Positions 23,756 to 31,643 of a stretch of DNA of 33,516 bases are shown here, piece after piece. The notes under the pieces are model-generated. The model worked only from the letters and a program-made list of their open reading frames with translations, did no database searches and had not been told where the DNA came from. The DNA lies in the NCBI GenBank assembly GCA_964356075.1, contig CAYHGC010000001.1, positions 1-33,516 on the forward strand, written 5' to 3'. Position 1 is the stretch's first letter; every line of letters begins with the position of its first letter. The DNA comes from an uncultured archaeon. Its GTDB lineage: Archaea > Iainarchaeota > Iainarchaeia > Iainarchaeales > VGJJ01. Made by a program: the position numbers and the translations under genes.

Positions 23756-24494
23756 TATTTTTTTCTTTGTTTATCTCTGGAAAGGAACGCAATTTACGAA
23801 GTTCTGTGTTGAGGCTGGATTTTGGAAAATGTTTTCTTTCAAAGTTGCCTAGTTCACGAATGGCTGTCTTGTTGGTCTTCAAGGACTCTTCAAAAAACCA
23901 TTTATTGAAAGAGATAATTTCTGAATGGTAGGTTGTTACCAGTTTTTTGATATTGATATCGTCGTTGCTATTTTTTAGATGCTCCTTCACTACTGGGTTT
24001 ATTTTTTCGTCATTCAATAGTTGACTCCTTTTTATCCAAACGTCTTTTTGATAACTTTTTTCTCCACTAGAGGACCATGAAGAAAGTTGTCTTACAACCG
24101 TGTTTGCTCCCTCCCTGTGCATTATGAAATCCCAAATTTCTTGTAGCAATTGAACGTCGATATTTTCCATCATTTTATCAATTCTTTTGTTACACCCATC
24201 GTCAAAGTTACTGTTTCCAAAATGTTTTCTATATCGGTAGGTATATCCAACCAATGCACGGGCACTAAGACAATAGTTGTGGAAAAAGCGTTTTATTCTA
24301 AATCCATAGTTTGCTGAACGCCTTCCATCGAACGCCTTAATATCCCTTTCAAAATTGTTGATTTCTTTTACCAATTGCTTGTAATTTTCATGAGTAATAT
24401 AGAACTCCGTTTTAATCATGTGGAGTTCTCTGAATATCTTGTACCCTTCGAGTTCCATTATTTTTCGACGCGCCTCTGTTAGAGCAAAGTTCAT
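23745..24494 (-). CDS. Hypothetical helical protein (Abi-like is only a guess)
   Basis: 249 aa. It contains ...RFFHNYCLSARALVGYTYRYRKHFGN... but no clean catalytic motif that I can identify. Confidence 0.5.
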   Translation of the reverse strand: MNFALTEARRKIMELEGYKIFRELHMIKTEFYITHENYKQLVKEINNFERDIKAFDGRRSANYGFRIKRFFHNYCLSARALVGYTYRYRKHFGNSNFDDGCNKRIDKMMENIDVQLLQEIWDFIMHREGANTVVRQLSSWSSSGEKSYQKDVWIKRSQLLNDEKINPVVKEHLKNSNDDINIKKLVTTYHSEIISFNKWFFEESLKTNKTAIRELGNFERKHFPKSSLNTELRKLRSFPEINKEKNTIQ

Positions 24495-24552
24495 TTAGAA
24501 ATAGTCTGCTGTTGGGTTTAATGGCCTAACTCAAAGGGCCCAAACCGCGGTA

Positions 24553-25377
24553 ATGGCTCTTTCTGCGTTTTCTCCTGCTATACTTTTTATGAATTGGGGT
24601 TCTTATAGACTATATGGTGGTTTCGTGGTAAAGAAAAATATTCGGGCCATTTTTGACCTGCTGATTCAGCGTCGATTCTGGATACTTGGTGTTCTATTCT
24701 ACGGATTTTTTTTGTGGTTGCTGACAACAATGTTATGGTCCATGAATACTCCATTGGCCGTCGTAGTATTAGCTGCTCTTGTTGGTCCTCCGCTTGTTGC
24801 AAAATTTATCTATGATCGTCCACTTGGCCCTATGCTTGAATTCCTTGGTAGAGGTGTGGAGACAGGAATGGTCCCAAGAGGGGAAGCACCGGATGCTAAT
24901 CAGAAAAAGAGTCTAAAAATCATGTTCGACACGAATGTTTTCAATAAAATGGCTGATGGGTTGCTGGATATCGAGCAGCTGAGGCGCAGTACTCTTTATG
25001 GTTTTGAGTATTTTACAACGCATGTGCAAACGGATCAAATCGCAGCAACCCCTGATAATGAAAGCGAAAAACGAAAAAGAATGGTCTTATTTCAAACCGA
25101 AATTAAGCCAACGGTTTTACCCACAACGTCCTTCGTTCTTGGAGTTTCTCGACTGGGTTATGGTAACCTTAGTGATGGTAAGCTGCTTGACAAAATTCGG
25201 AGAGGAAATAAAAGCATCCGAAAAACAACGGACGCGCTCATTGCTGAAACGTGTATCAAAAATAAAATAACCCTTGTTACTGAAGATACTGAACTAATAA
25301 AGCGCATGAAAGAGGAAGGTGGGAAAGTCATCGGAATTCAGGAGCTAAAAGAATTCCTTAACTTCACTGTCCGTTGA
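24553..25377 (+). CDS. Membrane-tethered PIN-like domain protein
   Basis: The N-terminal ~95 aa hold 2-3 TM helices. The C-terminal ~150 aa have PIN hallmarks: KIMFDTNVFNKM (first Asp) and TTDALIAETCIKNKITLVTEDTELI (distal Asp). An alternative shorter start at ATG 24922 cannot be excluded. Confidence 0.55.
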   Translation: MALSAFSPAILFMNWGSYRLYGGFVVKKNIRAIFDLLIQRRFWILGVLFYGFFLWLLTTMLWSMNTPLAVVVLAALVGPPLVAKFIYDRPLGPMLEFLGRGVETGMVPRGEAPDANQKKSLKIMFDTNVFNKMADGLLDIEQLRRSTLYGFEYFTTHVQTDQIAATPDNESEKRKRMVLFQTEIKPTVLPTTSFVLGVSRLGYGNLSDGKLLDKIRRGNKSIRKTTDALIAETCIKNKITLVTEDTELIKRMKEEGGKVIGIQELKEFLNFTVR

Positions 25378-25436
25378 TTAATATCATACAGATAATGGTG
25401 TTATATAAAGTATGAAACATATTATTTTTTATTAGC

Positions 25437-25457
25437 CAAGTCCGGGAGGCGGGACTA
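25437..25457 (+). repeat. Direct repeat DR2 (attR of element A / attL of element B)
   Basis: CAAGTCCGGGAGGCGGGACTA is identical to 17308-17328. The flanking sequence is unrelated to the tRNA. Confidence 0.9.
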
Positions 25458-25529
25458 ATCCATTCACCTACTCAAGCTTCGCTTTCGTCCCGCCGGACGG
25501 ATTAAATATCAAAGAACGGTTTGTATCCT

Positions 25530-26201
25530 ATGAGTTCTGAAGATTGCCGTTCGTTAGACGATTTATGGAGAATAGTGAATGATACCCATACTCAGTTTTT
25601 TCCAGAAAATAAGTTAATGCCTATTGTAGGAAATGGCCGTATTGAGCGTCCGGACTATATGTTTGTTTTTATTAATCCAACGCACCGCAACATTAGCTCA
25701 AACCCTTTATGGAAAGGTCCTCGTTTTCCTTTCATTGGAACCAAGCCCGTCTGGAGAATTTTTAATCGCGCGGGATTATTTGACGATGAGCTGATGAAAC
25801 AAATTGAGAGAGAGCCCAATTGGTCGTTGGAATTTACTGAAAAAGTAAGGTCTTTCTTGGATTCGAAATCGTTTTACTTTACTAATATTGTGAAATGGAC
25901 AGGCGCCGACGCTACATTGCCAGATGCACAGAAAGTCAAGTTATTTCTGCCTATTTTGAGAAGGGAGATTGAGATAGTTCAGCCCAAAACCATTGTAACA
26001 TTTGGGTTAATTCCATTTACATTTCTCACACAAGAAACAATCAGGCTACAGGATTATTATGATAAATTCGTTCAATCAAGCAAACTTGCAGCTTACCCAT
26101 TGAAAGTAGGCAATCATCAAACCAGCGTGGTCCCGTGCTATTTCCCTGTGGGAAGAGGGGACCCTAAACGCGCAGTTGAAATGCTAAAGGCAATAAAATA
26201 A
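25530..26201 (+). CDS. Uracil-DNA glycosylase superfamily protein with non-canonical motif A
   Basis: ...FYFTNIVKWTG...LPILRREIEIVQPKTIVTFG... matches the family-4-like UDG core (v..tN.vKc...C...L..ei....Pk.iv.lG). The usual GE(A/G)PG position reads FVFINPT. ATG 25530 lies about 25 nt downstream of TTAAATAT. Confidence 0.55.
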   Translation: MSSEDCRSLDDLWRIVNDTHTQFFPENKLMPIVGNGRIERPDYMFVFINPTHRNISSNPLWKGPRFPFIGTKPVWRIFNRAGLFDDELMKQIEREPNWSLEFTEKVRSFLDSKSFYFTNIVKWTGADATLPDAQKVKLFLPILRREIEIVQPKTIVTFGLIPFTFLTQETIRLQDYYDKFVQSSKLAAYPLKVGNHQTSVVPCYFPVGRGDPKRAVEMLKAIK

Positions 26202-26273
26202 TACTGAAAACGCGAGTTTAAGGTATATATTTATATGCGTTATATGTCTATATTAGTGTAGTTGGTGAAGTTT

Positions 26274-26528
26274 ATGCAGGTCTTACACTATCCTACTCTC
26301 AAAACCGTTCTTTTAGTCGAAGAAATTCTCAAAGAGGCTAAAGAACCCCTTTCTCGTTACGAGTTACTAAAACGAGCAGGAAATAAAATTATGCGTCCCA
26401 CATTAGATGTTATTCTTGATTACTTGGAAAAGCGCTTTATGGTTTTAGATACTCCTAAAGGAATTATTTGGGTATACGTTCCTAAAGACAAAATGAAGCG
26501 TTTGATGGATGCGAGCGTGGAAGTATGA
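26274..26528 (+). CDS. Small winged-helix protein, putative antitoxin
   Basis: About 84 aa (MQVLHYPTLKTVLLVEEILKEAKEPLSRYELLKRAG...). ATGA overlap with the downstream toxin-like ORF. TATA-rich upstream region at 26225-26255. Confidence 0.5.
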   Translation: MQVLHYPTLKTVLLVEEILKEAKEPLSRYELLKRAGNKIMRPTLDVILDYLEKRFMVLDTPKGIIWVYVPKDKMKRLMDASVEV

Positions 26529-26878
26529 AAGCACGCGTCCGATTGACCGGCCAAGCGCTGGAAGAATATGAACGACTTAAGAAACTCGTAACCGAAGAAG
26601 AATCTAAAGGAATTAAGAGTTCAGAGAATCAAACCCTGTGGCGTTCAATTAATGAAAAGATTGAATGGTTGAAAGAAGATCCCTTGCGTGGAGAAGTGGT
26701 TTCAAAGAAGGACATTCCGAAAGGCTTGGATGTTGACAATTTATTCAAAATTCGCTTGGCACAGTATTGGCGAATGCTTTTTACGATTCGCCGCCAAGAA
26801 ATTGAAGTCATTTGCTTTGTTTTAGTTATTGAGTCGCATCCCGATTATGATAAACGGTTCAAGATAAAGAAAAGGTAA
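26525..26878 (+). CDS. RelE/ParE-superfamily toxin-like protein
   Basis: The C-terminal ...LFKIRLAQYWRMLFTIRRQEIEVICFVLVIESHPDYDKRF matches the RelE/ParE pattern (l+.g.yR+i+.i....i.+..i..H..Y). Confidence 0.6.
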   Translation: MKARVRLTGQALEEYERLKKLVTEEESKGIKSSENQTLWRSINEKIEWLKEDPLRGEVVSKKDIPKGLDVDNLFKIRLAQYWRMLFTIRRQEIEVICFVLVIESHPDYDKRFKIKKR

Positions 26879-26962
26879 GATAATGCATCCTGTCAACATC
26901 ACTAACTGCACTAACCTCAGCGAGTCCCATAAGGACGAGCCTTCGAATAAGAACCGGTTGCT

Positions 26963-26981
26963 AAGTCCGGGAGGCGGGACT
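26963..26981 (+). repeat. Direct repeat DR3 (distal att copy; displaced tRNA 3' remnant)
   Basis: AAGTCCGGGAGGCGGGACT is identical to the cores of DR1 and DR2. The upstream AAGAACCGGTTGCTAAGTCC resembles tRNA positions AAGATCCCCGGTGCAAGTCC with indels. Confidence 0.85.
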
Positions 26982-27090
26982 CATCCTTATCCATGTCTCG
27001 TCTTTTGACTTTTTTTTATTGTGGCGAAAGCGCGTCCGAGTCATTATTAACATTTTCTCGACAAAATGATGCTATGGAGAATGAATCCCT

Positions 27091-27576
27091 ATGACGAATG
27101 ACTTGAAACCGATGCAGATTATTTTGAATTTGAATACGCGATTGTTTATCAATGCCCTCGAAGGAATTACGGAAGAGCATTGGAATGCACGCATGAGTGA
27201 CCATAACAACCCACTCAAATGGATTGCGGCCCATGTGGTGAGTTCACGCTACCTGTTTCTGACTCTCCTCGGAAAGCCCGCTCAAAGTCCGTATCAGGAA
27301 TTGTTTGCCAATCAGCGACCATATGACGCAAAGGATGTCTATCCTTCATTAGAGGAGGTCAAAAAAGAATGGGAAACGGTTTCCGCTTTGTTGAAGGTTG
27401 CCCTTGAATCTCCTTCTCCTGAAGCATTGGGAAAGAATCCTCCGTTTCCGCTTCCAATTGAGGATCAAACCAATTTTGGAGCCATTGCTTTTTTTGTCGA
27501 ACATGAAAGCTATGAAATTGGACAGTTAGGATTTTTGAAAAAATACCACACGAAAGAAGCCATGAATTATTCGTAA
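27091..27576 (+). CDS. DinB-family protein
   Basis: ...EHWNARMSDHNNPLKWIAAHVVSSRY...FFVEHESYEIGQLGFLKK has the His-triad four-helix DinB_2-like pattern. Confidence 0.65.
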   Translation: MTNDLKPMQIILNLNTRLFINALEGITEEHWNARMSDHNNPLKWIAAHVVSSRYLFLTLLGKPAQSPYQELFANQRPYDAKDVYPSLEEVKKEWETVSALLKVALESPSPEALGKNPPFPLPIEDQTNFGAIAFFVEHESYEIGQLGFLKKYHTKEAMNYS

Positions 27577-27682
27577 TTAGCAGACTCCCGGTACACCACC
27601 GGGAGTTCATTCTTTTCTCTATTCTAACTTTGCTTTCTCCAAGCGACACGATTTAATAAGCGCTTTTTGGTCGTGGTTAGTG

Positions 27683-28048
27683 ATGAAAGAAGATAGTAAG
27701 ACACTACAACGCGTCCGCAAAATGAGCTTTGCTGGAGTCTATCCGTATTACATTGCTAAAGCCGAAAAAAAAGGACGAACGAAAGAGGAAGTCGATGAAA
27801 TCATCCGTTGGCTGACGGGGTATACGCAGAAAAAATTTGAAGCTCAACTGGAAAAACGAACCGACTTTGAAACATTCTTTGCAAAAGCGCCTAAGCTCAA
27901 CCCATCGCGGAAATTAATCACTGGGGTAATTTGCGGTGATCGAATCGAAGAAATCAAAGATCCAATTATGCGCGAAGTTCGCTACTTAGATAAACTAATT
28001 GATGAGTTGGCAAAGGGCAGACCCATGGAAAAAATATTGCGGAAATAA
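27683..28048 (+). CDS. DUF2200 family protein
   Basis: [34 protein letters not shown] is the characteristic DUF2200 N-terminus. Confidence 0.7.
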   Translation: MKEDSKTLQRVRKMSFAGVYPYYIAKAEKKGRTKEEVDEIIRWLTGYTQKKFEAQLEKRTDFETFFAKAPKLNPSRKLITGVICGDRIEEIKDPIMREVRYLDKLIDELAKGRPMEKILRK

Positions 28049-28059
28049 ACAATTTTCAT

Positions 28060-28527
28060 TTACGTATTATTCAACCGGCCTTTGGTTTTCATGTTGTGCT
28101 CGTAATCCTTAATGTACTCCTTCACGCTATTCAATGCAATGGCTTTTCCCACAATATCAAGGGGTATTTCGTCCAGCGTTTTGAAACGCACACATCCCAA
28201 TCCTTTATTGAGTTTTATTTTCTTTTTCTTGTATTCATTTTCGAACCATTCGCGTTTACGTTTATCCCAATACAGTCCCATCAAGTGTAATGAATAGTAA
28301 TTTTTCTGTGCCGCAAGGGCAGCCGTGACGAGTGGTTTTTTGTTGTAGGTGGTGGGGTATGTTTTCAACGGAATTTCATAGGAAATCATTCCCCAGTTAA
28401 TGGTCTCTTCATATCCTTTGGGAAGATTATCCAAAATTACTTTTCGAACGGCCCTCATCACTTTTGCTCGTTCGCGCGGAAGGGAAGCGAGGTATTCCTT
28501 GACGGTTTTAGCGGTGGTTTTAACCAT
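28060..28527 (-). CDS. DUF1801 (YdhG-like) domain protein
   Basis: VKEYLASLPRERAKVMRAVRKVILDNLPKGYEETINWGMISYEIPL matches the DUF1801 pattern. Confidence 0.65.
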   Translation of the reverse strand: MVKTTAKTVKEYLASLPRERAKVMRAVRKVILDNLPKGYEETINWGMISYEIPLKTYPTTYNKKPLVTAALAAQKNYYSLHLMGLYWDKRKREWFENEYKKKKIKLNKGLGCVRFKTLDEIPLDIVGKAIALNSVKEYIKDYEHNMKTKGRLNNT

Positions 28528-28551
28528 GGTGATATTCCGTTTTGATTTTTG

Positions 28552-29172
28552 TTACACTCTCAACGAGCCGCGGAATGCGCGTGCGGCATAATACGAGTCT
28601 GCTCCGTTGTGGTAGAGGAATACGTGATCGTAGCGTCGATCCATGAAGATTGCTCCCTCGTGCTTTCGAATATCGGTGGGCGTTTTCACCCAGCTTGAGG
28701 TAGTGGTGTCAAACGTTCCTAGCTTCTGTAATTCTCGGTATTGTTCTTCGGTTAACAGTTCAATCCCCATGGACGCGGCCATGTTCATCGCGCTATCTTT
28801 GGGCGAGTGTTCTTTTCTCGCTTTCAAGGCTTCGTGATCGTAACAAATGCTTCGACGACCTTTGGGGCTCTCGGGTGAACAATCGTAGAAAATAAATTCA
28901 CCCGTTTTTTTGTCGTAAGCAACTACGTCTGGTTCGCCGCCCGTGCGTTCCATTTCGCTGAGTGACCGCCATTTCTCCAGTTTCGCCTCCAACCGCGCTT
29001 GTACTTTCGACCATTCCATCCCTTTATGACGATCTTTGTGTTTTTCAAAGCGCGATTTCAAGACATGGAATAGTTGTTCTTGCTCCTTCATGGATAATTT
29101 CTTTTTGGATGGGGGCGATTGCGTGCTCATACATTGATTGTTTTTTCTGAGTTTATAAAATAGTTTAGGCAC
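28552..29172 (-). CDS. DUF4256 family protein
   Basis: ...ERTGGEPDVVAYDKKTGEFIFYDCSPESPKGRRSICYD...MGIELLTEEQYRELQKLGTFDTTTSSWVKTP...YHNGADSYYAARAFRGSLRV is the DUF4256 signature. The true start may be ATG 29130. Confidence 0.7.
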   Translation of the reverse strand: MPKLFYKLRKNNQCMSTQSPPSKKKLSMKEQEQLFHVLKSRFEKHKDRHKGMEWSKVQARLEAKLEKWRSLSEMERTGGEPDVVAYDKKTGEFIFYDCSPESPKGRRSICYDHEALKARKEHSPKDSAMNMAASMGIELLTEEQYRELQKLGTFDTTTSSWVKTPTDIRKHEGAIFMDRRYDHVFLYHNGADSYYAARAFRGSLRV

Positions 29173-29177
29173 GGGAG

Positions 29178-29747
29178 TTATTTTTCTTTTCCGTAGTGAA
29201 GAAGTACCACTCCTTGCGAGAAGGTCTTCGTTTCGAGTAGCTTCAGCTTGATTTTCTTTTGTGCATCGGTAAAGAGGGGTTTTCCTTTTCCTAAGAGAAT
29301 AGGATTTATCGTCAAATAGAATTCATCAATCAGATCTGCTTTCATCAGTTCCTGAATCACGCTTGGACTGCCATAAATTTGAATATTTTTCCCAGATTGA
29401 TGTTTGATTTTCTCAATGTTTTGGACAAGATTGTCGCGAATGATGATTGTTTTTTCCAATCCTTCGTCTTTCATGGTTTTGGAGACGACTATTTTGGTTA
29501 CGTTGTTATACCACGCAGAGTGTTCTTTATCATGCTTACTCGCATTGGGTTTGCTTCCGGCTGTGGGCCAGTAATTTTGCATCATCCCATACGTGGTGTG
29601 TCCGTACAACGCGGTATCAGCTTGTTCGGTGAGGGTGGTTCCCCAATCAAATAATTCTTGCGGCAAACTAATCCAATCCATTTCTCCATTGGGGCTCGCA
29701 ACAAACCCATCCAGGGAAACGTGAACCAAGAATATTATTTTTCGCAT
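29178..29747 (-). CDS. Dihydrofolate-reductase-family (RibD C-terminal domain) protein
   Basis: MRKIIFLVHVSLDGFVASPNGEMDWI...IQIYGSPSVIQELMKADLIDEFYLTINPILLGKGKPLF. Confidence 0.75.
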   Translation of the reverse strand: MRKIIFLVHVSLDGFVASPNGEMDWISLPQELFDWGTTLTEQADTALYGHTTYGMMQNYWPTAGSKPNASKHDKEHSAWYNNVTKIVVSKTMKDEGLEKTIIIRDNLVQNIEKIKHQSGKNIQIYGSPSVIQELMKADLIDEFYLTINPILLGKGKPLFTDAQKKIKLKLLETKTFSQGVVLLHYGKEK

Positions 29748-29753
29748 AATTCT

Positions 29754-30365
29754 TCACTGCTCCGCTGCAAACGAACCGACCTTGATATCTCCTTCTCGCT
29801 TGTAATTGGCAATGATCACTCCGGATGGCGTGACTTCGCTATAAATGAGTTTGAACCCCGCCGGAATGGCTCCCGATCCAAACAATCGTTTTCCTTTTCC
29901 GAGTGTCAGGGGGAAAATCTTCAACCACATTTCATCAACTAAATCATTCTGGAGTAAGGTTTGGATAAAATCACCCGAACCATGGACTTGCAGTTCCAAT
30001 CCGTCCGTCTGTTTCAGTTTTTTGACCTCTTGCGCGACATCGGTGCTCAATACGACGGTATTCTCCCAGGTTGGATTTTTCAGGGTGCGTGAGGCCACGT
30101 ATTTGGTAGCTTTGTTGAACTGCTCCGCAGGAGGCTGTTTTTGATTCGGCCAATAACCGGCAAAAATATCATACGTTTTTCGCCCAAGAAGCAAATCAAA
30201 TGGGTGACCCATCTGCTCGCCCATGACTCGGTTGGATGATTCATCCCAAAACGGAAAGCTCCATCCGCCGTATTTGAATCCATCGGATGTGTCTTCTTCG
30301 GGTCCACCCGGAGCCTGTACAACTCCATCCAGGGACATGAATTGTAGAACGATGAGCTTACGCAT
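29754..30365 (-). CDS. Dihydrofolate-reductase-family (RibD C-terminal domain) protein, tandem paralogue
   Basis: An internal ATG gives MRKLIVLQFMSLDGVVQAPGGPEED...LQVHGSGDFIQTLLQNDLVDEMWLKIFPLTLGKGKRLF. Confidence 0.75.
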   Translation of the reverse strand: MRKLIVLQFMSLDGVVQAPGGPEEDTSDGFKYGGWSFPFWDESSNRVMGEQMGHPFDLLLGRKTYDIFAGYWPNQKQPPAEQFNKATKYVASRTLKNPTWENTVVLSTDVAQEVKKLKQTDGLELQVHGSGDFIQTLLQNDLVDEMWLKIFPLTLGKGKRLFGSGAIPAGFKLIYSEVTPSGVIIANYKREGDIKVGSFAAEQ

Positions 30366-30423
30366 AGATGATTTCCTCCGATATTCTGAATGATAGTACT
30401 GGGTATTCCGCCCCATATAAGAG

Positions 30424-31326
30424 TTATTTTTTCAACGCCAGCACACCCGAATAATAGGCGCCCCACAGCCCAATATCGTCGCCCAAATGGGTGGGAGTAA
30501 TAGCGGGCACTGGATGCGTGGTATACGGTTTGATTTCTTTCGCGGAAGGAATCATTTCAGAAAATTGAGAAAGTCCAACGCTGCCCATAATGATAATCTG
30601 TTCCACCGCGAATGCACTCAACATGGTCCCAATGCCATGGGCATTGGCCCTTCGTGCATTTGAAATGATCGAAGAAGCCAACGCGTTTCCTTTTTGAGCC
30701 AATGAAAAAACATCGGCCGTGGAAAGCGATTGATTCATTTCATTTTGGGCACGCGCTTGGATTCCGGCGCCCGAGGAGTAGGCAATCCAACATCCCACAT
30801 GGCCTAACGCACATATTGGAGCGTTTGCGTCGGTGCTTACCACCATGTGACCAAATTCGCCCATGGTTCCCTCCAAAATGGTTTTATCCCACACGAGACC
30901 GGCACCAATGCCCGTGCTGAATGTCAAGAGGTAAAACGAATTCAGATTATTTCCTTGCCCTCGAAAATATTCGGCCTTTACCGCGAGCTTCATATCGTTT
31001 TCAAACCGCAATGGATTGGGGAAAAACTGAAAAAGAGGTTCGAGTGAAACCGCAGAAGCGATGTTGAGCGGAAACGAGCAAAGTAAGGTGCGATCCTGAA
31101 TGGACCCCGGAAGGCCGATGACGGTGTAGTCGACTGTTGAGTTAGGGGACTGGTTTCGCAGTTCGGTTGAAAGTCCTTGAATCATCGAAAAGAGTTTTTC
31201 GGGTGAACCATTTACACTTGGAATGATTTTTTGGATGAGGATTTTTTCATCTTGAATGAGCGCGGCCCGGATGGAGGTTCCTCCCACGTCGAAGCATTCA
31301 ATCAAGGGCATATAACATATTTGCAT
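30424..31326 (-). CDS. ROK-family sugar kinase
   Basis: CFDVGGTSIRAALI (ATP-binding DxGGT) and the ROK Zn motif CALGHVGCWIAYSSG. Confidence 0.8.
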   Translation of the reverse strand: MQICYMPLIECFDVGGTSIRAALIQDEKILIQKIIPSVNGSPEKLFSMIQGLSTELRNQSPNSTVDYTVIGLPGSIQDRTLLCSFPLNIASAVSLEPLFQFFPNPLRFENDMKLAVKAEYFRGQGNNLNSFYLLTFSTGIGAGLVWDKTILEGTMGEFGHMVVSTDANAPICALGHVGCWIAYSSGAGIQARAQNEMNQSLSTADVFSLAQKGNALASSIISNARRANAHGIGTMLSAFAVEQIIIMGSVGLSQFSEMIPSAKEIKPYTTHPVPAITPTHLGDDIGLWGAYYSGVLALKK

Positions 31327-31643
31327 CCTGAATGATGTAAAAAGGTTTGTCTGACTCCGTCGACTTTTCCCTCGTGGATTAAATATTCAGACGCGTTAAT
31401 CGGGTATGCGCACAGCAAGGCAGCACGACCACCACTGAAACGACAAGCACTACGAGAGATACTGGAACACCCAATGTCCCGGATGGAACAACTCTCGGAA
31501 CCACGGGAACTGAAGTCGAAACGACACCTGCTCCAACGACAGGAAGTTCAATCGGAACGTTTGCCAGCGCCAGCCCGCCGAATGGATACAAAGCGGATTA
31601 TACGACGATCATTACCGGTTCAAATGTCAATAGTAATACCGCA

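Larger units (their letters stand above)
17308..25457 (+). mobile_element. Integrated element A (about 8.1 kb between repeats), tRNA-Tyr-targeting, integrase-bearing
   Basis: Bounded by identical 21-nt direct repeats. A tyrosine integrase sits immediately inside attL. Cargo is a replication-type ATPase, wHTH regulators, a PIN-like protein and orphan ORFs. By eye it looks more AT-rich than the flanks (not computed). Confidence 0.8.
25437..26981 (+). mobile_element. Integrated mini-element B (about 1.5 kb), no integrase; remnant or satellite
   Basis: Bounded by DR2 and DR3. Carries only a UDG-fold gene and a two-gene TA-like module. Confidence 0.65.

Noticed and set aside
23745-24494. HEPN (Rx4-6H) nuclease call for the 249-aa protein
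   Set aside because: The only candidate is RYRKH, whose R-x3-H spacing is too short, and no second supporting motif is present. It is kept as hypothetical.
25378-25457. SSV-type split integrase (an Int-N fragment reading into DR2)
   Set aside because: In the integrase frame a TAG (25433-25435) lies directly upstream of the DR2 core, and no ORF reads into it. The integrase catalytic and N-terminal domains are both intact next to DR1, so this is an intact-integrase (pNOB8-like) arrangement.
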